Part shown: positions 7,716 to 16,409 of the stretch, piece by piece | How positions within the stretch are numbered: position 1 is the first letter of the stretch | Layout of the letters: each line of letters begins with the position of its first letter | Origin: Delftia acidovorans NBRC 14950 | Lineage (GTDB): Bacteria; Pseudomonadota; Gammaproteobacteria; Burkholderiales; Burkholderiaceae_C | DNA: 32,000 nucleotides | Direction of reading: 5' to 3' | Assembly: GCF_001598795.1 (NCBI RefSeq) | Contig: NZ_BCZP01000016.1 | Coordinates: 118,598-150,597, forward strand | Position numbers and translations under genes: made by a program | The notes under the pieces: model-generated | What the model was told of the DNA's origin: nothing | Seen by the model: the letters and a program-made list of their open reading frames with translations, nothing else | The model's database searches: none

Positions 7716-8687
7716 TCAGCTTGATCGCGCTTGCACCTCCACCCAATAGCGGGTGCGGCTGCGCAGTTGCAGAGGAAAGCGGCTGACGAGCGCGGCCAGG
7801 GCGCGATCCGTGTCATCCACGGGAAAGGCGCCCGAGACAAGCATCCCGGCGACCTCGGCCGAGCAGCCCAGGTAGCCGGGCCGATAGCGGGCAAGGGCGT
7901 CAATCAGCTGGCCCAACGGCATGTCCAGCGTGACCAGGCCGCCTTCATGCCAGCTGGCTGCAAAGGGGTCTGCGGACGTGGGCGGCTGGGTGGCGCTGGA
8001 CGAGAAGGCGGCCTGCTGTCCGGCCTGCAATTGCGCGGAGGGCGCATCGCTGTCCAGAGGCTGCAGGCGCACGGCCTTTTCCTGCACGGTGACATGGCAC
8101 AGGCCATCGTCCGCGAGATGAACCGTGAAGCGCGTGCCCAGGGCCAGTACGTGGCCTTGCGGGGTCTGCACGCTGAAGGGGCGGCCCAGCGCGTCGGGCT
8201 CGGTGGCGACGAGGATGCGGCCACGGTGCAGGCGCAGCAGGCGCTGGCGGTCGTCAAAAACGGTGTCCAAGGCGGTTGCCGTATCCAGGGCCACCAGGGA
8301 GCCGTCGGGTAGCTTTAGATCCCGGCGCTCGCCCGTGGCTGTGCGCTGCCCGGCCTGCCAGCTTTCCAGTGGTGCGCCTTTCCAGGCCATCCAGGCCGTG
8401 GCGCCGCTGCCCAGGCCCAGAGCCACGCCGCGCACCACGGAGCGGCGGGTGGGCGAGGCGCGACGGCCCAGCGCCTGGCGCGCCAGGGGGGTGGGCAGAT
8501 GCGACAGTTGCGCGGTGACGGATTGCACGCGCAGCCAGGCGCGCTGGTGGGCGGGATCGGCCTCATGCCATTTCTGCCAGTCCTGTTGCAGGCCCGCTGT
8601 GGCAGAGGCACCGCGCAGTTTCACGTGCCAGGCGGCAGCCTCATGCAGGGCGCGCCGGTCGTTGCCTTCCAGATGTCTCTCGCCCAT
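7716..8687 (-). CDS. fecR: FecR-family anti-sigma factor / transmembrane sensor
   Basis: N-terminal AAAWHVKL...W..WHEADPAHQRAW motif, a central TM segment and a FecR domain (RPFSVQTPQGHVLALGTRFTVH). The start is 4 nt after the fecI stop. Confidence 0.85.
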   Translation of the reverse strand: MGERHLEGNDRRALHEAAAWHVKLRGASATAGLQQDWQKWHEADPAHQRAWLRVQSVTAQLSHLPTPLARQALGRRASPTRRSVVRGVALGLGSGATAWMAWKGAPLESWQAGQRTATGERRDLKLPDGSLVALDTATALDTVFDDRQRLLRLHRGRILVATEPDALGRPFSVQTPQGHVLALGTRFTVHLADDGLCHVTVQEKAVRLQPLDSDAPSAQLQAGQQAAFSSSATQPPTSADPFAASWHEGGLVTLDMPLGQLIDALARYRPGYLGCSAEVAGMLVSGAFPVDDTDRALAALVSRFPLQLRSRTRYWVEVQARSS

Positions 8688-8691
8688 GTGG

Positions 8692-9168
8692 CTATGCCAG
8701 GACCAGGCAGCAATGCTCCATCGCCCGGGTCAGGTAGTTGCTGACGGTGCGCAGCGATACACCCAGGCGCTGGGCGATCTCTGGGTAGCTCAGTTCCTCG
8801 AACTGGGCCAGCACGAAGGCTTCGCGAACCTTGGGGGGAAGGCCCTGGAGCATGCGGTCCACATCCAGCAGGGTCTGCTGGACGATGGCCTGCTCTTCGG
8901 GCGAAGGCGCCAGCGATTGCGGCAACTGGGCTAGATAGTCCAGATAGGACTGCTCCAGCGTGCGGCGGCGAAACAGGTCGGCGACCAGGCCCCGGGCGAT
9001 GGTGGCCAGGTAGCGCCTGGGTTCGCGGATGTCCTGCTGCGGCAGGGGCGAGCGCAGCAGGCGCACAAAGGTGTCCTGGGCCAGGTCGGCGGCATCGTCA
9101 CGGTTGCCCAGGCGTTTGCGCAGCAGGCTTTCCAGCCAGGGATGGTGGTTCTGGTAGAGGCTGTACAC
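8692..9168 (-). CDS. fecI: ECF (FecI-type) RNA polymerase sigma-70 family factor
   Basis: SLYQNHHPWLESLLRKRLGNRDDAADLAQDTFVRLL (region 2) and LSYPEIAQRLGVSLRTVSNYLTRAMEHC (region 4) align closely with my recollection of E. coli FecI. GTG start. Confidence 0.88.
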   Translation of the reverse strand: MYSLYQNHHPWLESLLRKRLGNRDDAADLAQDTFVRLLRSPLPQQDIREPRRYLATIARGLVADLFRRRTLEQSYLDYLAQLPQSLAPSPEEQAIVQQTLLDVDRMLQGLPPKVREAFVLAQFEELSYPEIAQRLGVSLRTVSNYLTRAMEHCCLVLA

Positions 9169-9220
9169 GGAGAAGGCTGGGGCGGAGGAGGCGGGCGCAG
9201 TGGCAATCGCTACTGCAAAA

Positions 9221-9246
9221 GATAATAAGAATGCTTATCAATTATC
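9221..9246 (-). promoter_or_regulatory. Fur box upstream of fecI
   Basis: GATAATAAGAATGCTTATC matches the 19-bp consensus GATAATGATAATCATTATC at 15 of 19 positions. An overlapping AATTATC follows. It lies 53 nt upstream of the fecI start. Confidence 0.6.
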
Positions 9247-9248
9247 TT

Positions 9249-9416
9249 TCAGGCCGGCGCCCCTCCCGCAAAGAGGGCATCCACTTGTTGCATGTGCGCT
9301 ACAGGGTAGTGGTGGCCGCCAGCCTGCACCAGCTTTGCGCAGGCCGATTCCTCGTGCGGCACGCGGTCCGTGCCGCCCAGGTTTGTGTCGTGCAAGGTGT
9401 GTCGCACACCTTGCAT
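9249..9416 (-). CDS. Candidate small ORF (55 aa), unknown function; below the ORF-track length cutoff
   Basis: My translation: MQGVRHTLHDTNLGGTDRVPHEESACAKLVQAGGHHYPVAHMQQVDALFAGGAPA. GAGG lies 4 nt upstream of the ATG and overlaps the stop of the preceding ORF (ttcaacTGAGGcccgATG). Composition is balanced and GC3 is about 76 percent by hand count. A competing plus-strand ORF (9231..9437) is Arg-rich. Confidence 0.35.
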   Translation of the reverse strand: MQGVRHTLHDTNLGGTDRVPHEESACAKLVQAGGHHYPVAHMQQVDALFAGGAPA

Positions 9417-9422
9417 CGGGCC

Positions 9423-9845
9423 TCAGTTGAACGCTGATCCGCCGTGTGCCTCCATGCGCTCCAGCGCAGCGCAGACATCGGCCATGCGCCCGGAGATGAA
9501 CAGGCATTCCGGCTGCTCCTGCGGCGACCGCTGGATGATGCGCAGACCTGAAGGCTGCTCAGGTGCGGATTGCAGGGCGGGCTGCGCCGGCAGCAAGGGC
9601 AGGATCAGCTGGGCATCTCCATGGTCTGCAGCGCGTGCGGCCTTGCCGCGGCGCTGCTGGCTGCGCCGGCGTGCCTTGCTGAAAGAGATCACGTTGGCGG
9701 GCTCGGGTGCTGCGGCAGGTAATGGCTGGCACGCAGGGGCTTGTGCAAGAGGCATGGCCGACTCCATGGCGGTCGCAGTCAGGCGGATGCCATGTGCCAG
9801 GCGCAGGAAGGAAAAAGAAGACAGTGTTGGCAGAGCGAATCCCAT
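9423..9845 (-). CDS. Hypothetical protein (140 aa), Ala/Pro/Gln-rich, no recognised family
   Basis: ATG at 9845 preceded by AGGAG with a 7-nt spacer. High GC3. The C-terminal part (LRIIQRSPQEQPECLFISGRMADVCAALERMEA) is not low-complexity. The alternative frames are rich in Cys, Arg and Trp. Confidence 0.5.
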   Translation of the reverse strand: MGFALPTLSSFSFLRLAHGIRLTATAMESAMPLAQAPACQPLPAAAPEPANVISFSKARRRSQQRRGKAARAADHGDAQLILPLLPAQPALQSAPEQPSGLRIIQRSPQEQPECLFISGRMADVCAALERMEAHGGSAFN

Positions 9846-10007
9846 GTGACGACTCCTGTTGGCGTGTTTCAAAGAGGCATGGACACAGGCAGGATTGCGG
9901 TTTGCGGGCAAAGCTCCGCCCAGGGCGAAGCTCCAAGGCTTCGCGCCTACCACCTGGGCGGTGCGTGAAATGGGGTGAGGCGGCCTGAGAAGAGCCGCCA
10001 GTCTGGC

Positions 10008-10682
10008 TTACATGGACATGCTGTTGCGGATCAGCCCCACGGCCAAGCCTTCAATGGCAAAGGCCTCTTCGGGGGCGACGCGAATCACCGGGTAATCGGG
10101 GTTTTCCGGCAGAAGTTCCACGCCCTGCGTGGTGCGGCGCAGGCGCTTGACGGTGACTTCGTCACCCAGGCGCGCCACGACGATCTGGCCGTTGCGGGCT
10201 TCGTGTGCGGACTGCACGGCCAGCAGGTCGCCGTCCATGATGCCCGCGTCGCGCATGGACATGCCGCGCACGCGCAGCAGATAGTCGGGGCGCGTCTGGA
10301 ACAGGCTGGGCTCGACGGAATAGGTTTGGTCGATGTGTTCCTGCGCGAGAATGGGCGAGCCCGCCGCAACGCGGCCCACCAGGGGCAACATCAGCGGTGC
10401 CAGGGCCGACAGCGGCAGTCCGAAGCTGGTGCCGCGCGCGGCATTGATGTTGCGCACGGTGTCGGTACGCAGGCGAATGCCGCGCGAGGTGCCGCTGACC
10501 AGTTCGATCACACCTTTGCGGGCCAGGGCCTGCAGGTGTTCCTCGGCAGCGTTGGCGGACTTGAAGCCCAGCGTGTTGGCGATTTCCGCGCGGGTGGGAG
10601 GCGCGCCCGTGCGGGAGATGGCGGCCTGGATCAGGTCCAGGATCTGTTGCTGGCGGGCGGTGAGCTTGGGATGGTCGAGCAT
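10008..10682 (-). CDS. lexA: SOS repressor LexA
   Basis: Winged-helix N-terminus ([29 protein letters not shown]), Ala-Gly cleavage site (VAAGSPI), and Ser/Lys dyad contexts (GMSMRDAGI and VTVKRL). Confidence 0.95.
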   Translation of the reverse strand: MLDHPKLTARQQQILDLIQAAISRTGAPPTRAEIANTLGFKSANAAEEHLQALARKGVIELVSGTSRGIRLRTDTVRNINAARGTSFGLPLSALAPLMLPLVGRVAAGSPILAQEHIDQTYSVEPSLFQTRPDYLLRVRGMSMRDAGIMDGDLLAVQSAHEARNGQIVVARLGDEVTVKRLRRTTQGVELLPENPDYPVIRVAPEEAFAIEGLAVGLIRNSMSM

Positions 10683-10728
10683 GGCGTGCGTCCGGTCCTT
10701 GAGGGCAGATGGCAGGCTGGGAGGCCAT

Positions 10729-10763
10729 CTGATGATTTATACAGTATCTGTATTTTTAACCAG
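10729..10763. promoter_or_regulatory. Two tandem LexA (SOS) boxes of the form CTG-N10-CAG
   Basis: CTGATGATTTATACAG (10729-10744) and CTGTATTTTTAACCAG (10748-10763), both with AT-rich cores, in the 98-bp lexA/asparaginase divergent spacer. Confidence 0.75.
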
Positions 10764-10780
10764 TTTTCCAAGAGGTGCAA

Positions 10781-11770
10781 GTGGGGCAGTCAAAGTTGGT
10801 GATTCTGGGCACGGGCGGGACCATCGCCGGCCGGGCGGATTCGCAGTCGCAGGGCGTGGGGTACAAGGCCGGGCAGATCACGGTGCAGTCGCTGCTGGAG
10901 GCCGTGCCGGACCTGGAGCAGCAGGCGCTGGGACCCGTGCAGACGCAGCAGATCGCGCAGGTGGACAGCAAGGATATGGACTGGCCCGTGTGGCGCGCGT
11001 TGCTGCGCGCCTGCATGCAGGCACTGGAGGATGCGGACACACGTGCCGTGGTGATCACGCATGGAACGGACACGCTGGAAGAGACGGCCTGGCTGCTGCA
11101 CAGCCTGCTGCCGGCCACCAAACCCATTGTGTTGACCTGCGCCATGCGCCCGGCCACGGCCCTGTTAGCAGACGGCCCGCAGAATCTGCGCGATGCCGTG
11201 ACCGTGGCTGCCAGCGGCGGGCGCAGCGGCGTATGGGTGGTGGCAGGCGGCGAGGTGCATGCGGCAGCCCAGGTGCAGAAGGTCCATCCCTACCGGCTGC
11301 AGGCAATGCGCTCCGTGGAAGGCGGGCCGCAGGCGTTGGTGGAGGAAGGGCGTGTGCGCTGGCTGGTGCCCGATGCGCCGTCCTCCCCCTCCGCACCGTC
11401 CACGCGGGCCATGGTGCCTGCGACCATGTCATCTGATCTGCTGGCGCTGGATGAGCTGCCCTGGGTCGAGGTGGTGTTCAGCGGCGCCTTGGCGCGTGCC
11501 AGCGGCGTGGATGCGCTGGTGGCGGCAGGCGTGCGTGGCATCGTCGTGGCTGGCACGGGCAATGCGACGGTTCACGAAGGCATGGAAGCGGCCTTGCAGC
11601 GTGCCCGCGACAAGGGCGTCTGGATCTGGCGGGGCACTCGCTGTGCCGAAGGCCTGCCCGTGGCCTCCGGCCTTGGGACCAACCCGGCAGAGGCCGATCT
11701 GGCGCATCTGCCCGTGGCAAAGGCCCGGATTGCGATGATGCTGGCGCTGGCAGCGCAGCCGCGCGATTGA
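10781..11770 (+). CDS. L-asparaginase (cytoplasmic type, no signal peptide)
   Basis: Motifs GTGGTIAG and HGTDTLEETA. AAGAGG lies 5 nt upstream of the GTG at 10781. The track start at 10775 overlaps that ribosome-binding site. Confidence 0.88.
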   Translation: MGQSKLVILGTGGTIAGRADSQSQGVGYKAGQITVQSLLEAVPDLEQQALGPVQTQQIAQVDSKDMDWPVWRALLRACMQALEDADTRAVVITHGTDTLEETAWLLHSLLPATKPIVLTCAMRPATALLADGPQNLRDAVTVAASGGRSGVWVVAGGEVHAAAQVQKVHPYRLQAMRSVEGGPQALVEEGRVRWLVPDAPSSPSAPSTRAMVPATMSSDLLALDELPWVEVVFSGALARASGVDALVAAGVRGIVVAGTGNATVHEGMEAALQRARDKGVWIWRGTRCAEGLPVASGLGTNPAEADLAHLPVAKARIAMMLALAAQPRD

Positions 11771-11813
11771 GCCTGCGGCGACGCCGGCATTTCTTCAGTT
11801 GCTGGTGGTCAAC

Positions 11814-11840
11814 AAAAAAGCACCCGCCGGGTGCTTTTTT
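11814..11840. terminator. Bidirectional rho-independent terminator (asparaginase / adk)
   Basis: AAAAAAGCACCC-gcc-GGGTGCTTTTTT, with an A-run and a T-run flanking a 7-bp GC-rich stem. Confidence 0.8.
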
Positions 11841-11861
11841 CGTTGCGGCACATGGCCTGCA

Positions 11862-12635
<774 letters not shown>

Positions 12636-12724
12636 TTACACGCAGAGGGCAAAACTGTCGCCTGTGCAATCTCCAAAAACTGCGTTTTGCTGTCCGACAA
12701 AACCGCATGTGCAGTTGTGTTGTG

Positions 12725-12749
12725 AATGGCGATGCCGGGCATCGCCATT
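12725..12749. repeat. Perfect 25-bp palindrome (12-bp arms) in the kdsB-adk spacer
   Basis: AATGGCGATGCC-g-GGCATCGCCATT, read directly from the sequence. Confidence 0.9.
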
Positions 12750-12782
12750 GGCGCATCTGTATTGGCGTATGCGGGATCGGAT

Positions 12783-13580
12783 TCAGGCGGACAACCGGGC
12801 GCGCACCCGCTCCAGGTCTTCGGGGGTGTCCACGCCGGGGCCAGGTGCATCGGGCGTCAGGTGGACGGCGATGCGGTGGCCGTGCCACAGCGCACGCAAC
12901 TGTTCCAGCGCCTCCAGCACCTCGGTAGGGGCGGGAGAAAGCTGCGGGAAGCTGCGCAGGAAACCGGCACGGTAGCTGTAAATGCCAATGTGGCGCAGTG
13001 GCGCGAAGCCGGGGTGGCCCGGCGCTGCAGATGCCGCTGCAGATGCCGTCTCCCACCATGCCTGGCCTGCATGTTCACGCGCAAAGGGGATGGGTGCGCG
13101 GCTGAAATAGTGGGCCATGCCCTGGGCATCGCAGACGACCTTGACCACGTTCGGGTTGGTGAAGTCGGCCAGGCTGTCGATGGCATGTGCCGCCGTGCCC
13201 ATGCTGGCCGAGGGCCGCAGCGGCAGCAGGGCGGCCACGGCATCGATGAGGTCGGGAGCGATCAACGGTTCGTCGCCCTGGACGTTGACGACGATGTCGT
13301 CGCCATCCAGGCCCAGCAGTTCGCAGGCCTCGGCCAGGCGGTCGCTGCCGCTGGCGTGGTCGCTGCGGGTGAGCACGGCCGCAACGCCGTGCGCGGCGCA
13401 GGCGGCGACGATGCTTTCGTCATCGGCCGCGACCACGCAGCGCGTGGCGCCGCTGAGGCCGGCACGCTGTGCCACGCGCACGACCATGGGAAGGCCTGCA
13501 ATGTCTGCGAGGGGCTTGCCTGGCAGGCGGCTGGAGGCAAGGCGGGCAGGAATCAGAACCGTGAAGGGCGCGGTGGGCAT
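12783..13580 (-). CDS. kdsB: 3-deoxy-manno-octulosonate cytidylyltransferase (CMP-Kdo synthetase)
   Basis: [33 protein letters not shown], starting from the internal ATG at 13580. The long track ORF (to 14006) is an out-of-context extension across ycaR. Confidence 0.92.
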   Translation of the reverse strand: MPTAPFTVLIPARLASSRLPGKPLADIAGLPMVVRVAQRAGLSGATRCVVAADDESIVAACAAHGVAAVLTRSDHASGSDRLAEACELLGLDGDDIVVNVQGDEPLIAPDLIDAVAALLPLRPSASMGTAAHAIDSLADFTNPNVVKVVCDAQGMAHYFSRAPIPFAREHAGQAWWETASAAASAAPGHPGFAPLRHIGIYSYRAGFLRSFPQLSPAPTEVLEALEQLRALWHGHRIAVHLTPDAPGPGVDTPEDLERVRARLSA

Positions 13581-13647
13581 GGTGCGTTGCGGAAGTGGTC
13601 GAAAGTGCGGGCGCGGGCGTTGTCGGAAATCGGGCCTTGCGGCGCGA

Positions 13648-13830
13648 TCAGTCCTCGAGCTCGTCGTCGTCCAGCGTGCGGGCTTCGGCCTCCAGCAGCA
13701 CCGGAATGCCGTCGCGCACGGGGTAGGCCAGGCGCGCGCTGCGCGAGACCAGTTCCTGGTGCTCGCGGTCAAAGCGCAGCGGGCCCTTGGTGACGGGGCA
13801 GACCAGCAGTTCGAGAAGTTTGGCGTCCAT
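13648..13830 (-). CDS. ycaR: Trm112/YcaR-family small protein (UPF0434)
   Basis: 60 aa, [18 protein letters not shown]...[12 protein letters not shown]. It lies between lpxK and kdsB, as in E. coli. Confidence 0.85.
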   Translation of the reverse strand: MDAKLLELLVCPVTKGPLRFDREHQELVSRSARLAYPVRDGIPVLLEAEARTLDDDELED

Positions 13831-13894
13831 GGCGGATCCTGTGTTTTGGAGGGGGAGGGCGGGCCGTGGCGGCCAGCCAAGACGGTGATGATAG

Positions 13895-14911
13895 TCAGGC
13901 GCGTGGCCTGCGCAGCGCCTGCAGCCGCTGATCCAGCAGCGCCCAGAAATCTAGCGGCAGCTGCAATTGCAGCGCAACGGACCAGGCCTGGGGGTGGGTG
14001 CGCCACAGCTTGACCGCATCCTTTTCGGTGCAGACCAGCGGGTCTTCATGGCGTCCCAGGCGCTGGAAGCTCTCAAAATTATAGTGATCCGGCAGCGCCT
14101 GGGCATGCTCCAGCGCCAGGTCCTGTTCAGTGGCCAGCATGGAGAAAAAGGCCTCGGGCCGTGCCACGGCGGCCACGGCCTCCACGGGCCGTCCGCGCAG
14201 GGCCGCCAGGGGAATGCGCTCACCGTGCGCATTGACGCCTTCAGCGGCCAGTTGGCGATGCATGGCAAAGGCGGGCGCATCCGTTGGCGGGCAGGCGCCC
14301 GCGTGCAGCACGGCGGTGACGGGGCGCGGCCAGGGTTCGCGCAGCGGGCCGGCCGGCAGAAGCCAGCCATTGCCGATGCCGTCGTCGTTGAAGACGCACA
14401 GCTCGATGTCGCGGGCCAGGGCCAGGTGCTGCAGGCCGTCGTCGCTGATGACCACATCTACCTGGGGATGGCGGGCGCGAAGGGCCTGGACGGCCTCGAT
14501 GCGCTTGCGGGCCACGAAGACCGGCACGCCGCTGGCGCGCGCCAGCAGCGCGGGCTCGTCACCCACGTCGGCGGGGGCGCTGTCGGGATGGGCTTCGCGG
14601 CAGTCGTCCGTGCTGCGGCCATAGCCGCGCGAGACGATGCCGGGGTTCCAGCCGCCATCCCGCAGATGGCGGGCCAGGGCGAGCGTGACGGGGGTCTTTC
14701 CAGCGCCGCCCGCAATCACATTGCCGATGACGATGACCGGAATGCCGGCCTGGCCTGCACGCCTGAAACCCAGTGCATAGGGCAGCCGATGCAGGCCCAG
14801 CAGGGCACGGTACAGCAGGGACAGGGGAAGGAGCGCGCAGGCCAGCGGGCCGCGGTGGCGCCAGGCCGCGCGAAGCCCCCGGGCTGCGGGGGCGGGGCCA
14901 TTCCCGGGCAT
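13895..14911 (-). CDS. lpxK: Tetraacyldisaccharide 4'-kinase
   Basis: P-loop [13 protein letters not shown]. The ATG at 14911 has AAGG 5 nt upstream and lies 13 nt after the exbD stop. The alternative TTG at 14959 would overlap exbD. Confidence 0.88.
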   Translation of the reverse strand: MPGNGPAPAARGLRAAWRHRGPLACALLPLSLLYRALLGLHRLPYALGFRRAGQAGIPVIVIGNVIAGGAGKTPVTLALARHLRDGGWNPGIVSRGYGRSTDDCREAHPDSAPADVGDEPALLARASGVPVFVARKRIEAVQALRARHPQVDVVISDDGLQHLALARDIELCVFNDDGIGNGWLLPAGPLREPWPRPVTAVLHAGACPPTDAPAFAMHRQLAAEGVNAHGERIPLAALRGRPVEAVAAVARPEAFFSMLATEQDLALEHAQALPDHYNFESFQRLGRHEDPLVCTEKDAVKLWRTHPQAWSVALQLQLPLDFWALLDQRLQALRRPRA

Positions 14912-14924
14912 GGAGGCCTTGCCT

Positions 14925-15350
14925 TCAGCGCCCGGCGCTGGCCGAGGTCTGCGTGGCAAAGGTGATCTGGGACAGTCCGGCGCGGCGCGAGGCTTCCATC
15001 ACCGACACCACGGACTGGTGCGGCGCGGTGGCGTCGGCGCTGATGATGACCACGCTGTCCTTGCCGGCAACGGCCGCTGCGGCCAGTGCCTGGGTCAGGC
15101 CGGTGACGCTGCGGTCTTCCACGGCGGTCTTGTTGATGGCGTAGCGGCCGTCGGCAGCGATGGCGACGATGATTTCGCGGGGCCGGTCGCGCTGCTGCTC
15201 GACATCGGCCACGGGAAGGGTCAGCTGCAGCTCGGTGAACTTGCTGTAGGTGGTGGATAGCATCAGAAAGATCAGCACCACCAGCAGCACATCGATGAAC
15301 GGGATCAGGTTGATCTCGGGCTCGTCACGGCGGCGGGGACGGAAGTTCAT
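14925..15350 (-). CDS. exbD: Biopolymer transport protein ExbD/TolR family
   Basis: MNFRPRRRDEPEINLIPFIDVLLVVLIFLM from the ATG at 15350. Confidence 0.9.
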   Translation of the reverse strand: MNFRPRRRDEPEINLIPFIDVLLVVLIFLMLSTTYSKFTELQLTLPVADVEQQRDRPREIIVAIAADGRYAINKTAVEDRSVTGLTQALAAAAVAGKDSVVIISADATAPHQSVVSVMEASRRAGLSQITFATQTSASAGR

Positions 15351-15381
15351 GGCAGGTCTCTCGCGTGCGGGTTCTGCGGGT

Positions 15382-16014
15382 TCACTTGCCGCCGACGCGC
15401 ACCAGGTGGCGCACGAACTGTTCGGAGGCCAGCTCCATGCCCAGCAGGTAGCCATCGACGCGGGCGCGGAAGTAGCGCCAGAAGATCAGCGCCGGAATGG
15501 CGACGATCAGGCCGAAGGCCGTGTTGTACAGGGCGATGGAGATGCCGGCCGCCAGCTGCGCCGGGTTGCCGCCGCCGGTGGCCGATGCGCCGCCTTGCGA
15601 GCCGAAGATCTCGATCATGCCGATCACCGTGCCCAGCAGGCCCAGCAAAGGCGCGGCAGAAGCGATGGTGGCCAGCGCGCTCAGGTGCTTTTCCAGGGTG
15701 TGGGCAGCGGCGCGGCCGGCGCCTTCCATGGAGGCGCGAAGCTCTTCTTCGCTGCTGTCCGGATGGGCTTGCAGGGCGCGCAGTCCGCTTGCCAGGACTT
15801 CGCCCAGCGTGGAGTTCTGGGACAGCTGCTGCACGACTTCCTGGCTGGGCAGGCCGCGCGAGGACACGGAAATCGCCTCGCCCAGCAGGGCGGGCGGCGC
15901 CACTCGGGCCGTTTTCAGCGCCACGAAACGTTCAAAGACCAGGGCCAGAGCCAGGATGGAGCAGGCAATCAGTGGCCAGATCGGCCAGCCTGCGGCTTGT
16001 ATGATCGACAGCAA
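15382..16014 (-). CDS. exbB: MotA/TolQ/ExbB proton-channel family protein
   Basis: MLSIIQAAGWPIWPLIACSILALALVFERF, three TM segments, and the conserved LGLLGTVIGMI segment. TTG start with a G-rich ribosome-binding site. Confidence 0.9.
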   Translation of the reverse strand: MLSIIQAAGWPIWPLIACSILALALVFERFVALKTARVAPPALLGEAISVSSRGLPSQEVVQQLSQNSTLGEVLASGLRALQAHPDSSEEELRASMEGAGRAAAHTLEKHLSALATIASAAPLLGLLGTVIGMIEIFGSQGGASATGGGNPAQLAAGISIALYNTAFGLIVAIPALIFWRYFRARVDGYLLGMELASEQFVRHLVRVGGK

Positions 16015-16409
16015 GTTGTTTTCCCCCCGCGTTTAACTGCAGCCGACGATTATGGCCCAGCCATATGGCCGGTCCAGGCGTCTCGTGTCCGCGATCGCCT
16101 GAAAACTGTGACCCAGCGCAGCATCCAGGCAACGGGCGGCTCCCCATATTCGGGATTTTGGATGGTCGCTATAGCACAGATTTCTGTGGATAACTTTGTT
16201 ATCAAGCGGGTTGCGCAAACGCCGCTGCGGCGGCGAATGGACACTGTGACAAATGTGAATTCTTTGTTGCAGCAAAAAAATCTTTATGAATCAATTGCTT
16301 GCGAGGTGTTTTTGAGAGTGCTTCTGCAAATTGCCGCCAAAGTGCCTGCTCGGGTCTGCATCCGCCTGCCTGTGGAGAATGTTGCACTGCATGCAGACCG
16401 GGAGGCCGC

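Noticed and set aside
9231-9437. 68-aa plus-strand ORF starting inside the Fur box, divergent from fecI
   Set aside because: It has no ribosome-binding site (the ATG is embedded in the Fur box) and the product is Arg/Val/His-rich. The opposite-strand 55-aa ORF has a coupled ribosome-binding site and a more protein-like composition. I cannot fully exclude it without expression data.
9977-9997. Hairpin GGCGGC-ctgagaagA-GCCGCC just after the lexA stop, considered as a terminator separating lexA from the unknown ORFs
   Set aside because: On the minus strand no U-tract follows it, so I did not list it as a terminator. It may still attenuate read-through, so the operon status of lexA with the downstream ORFs is left open.
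12783-14006. 407-aa ORF suggesting a long kdsB fused across ycaR into lpxK
   Set aside because: The N-terminal 142 residues are Arg/Pro/Ala-rich nonsense and overlap the well-conserved 60-aa YcaR gene in another frame. The canonical KdsB N-terminus starts at the internal ATG at 13580.
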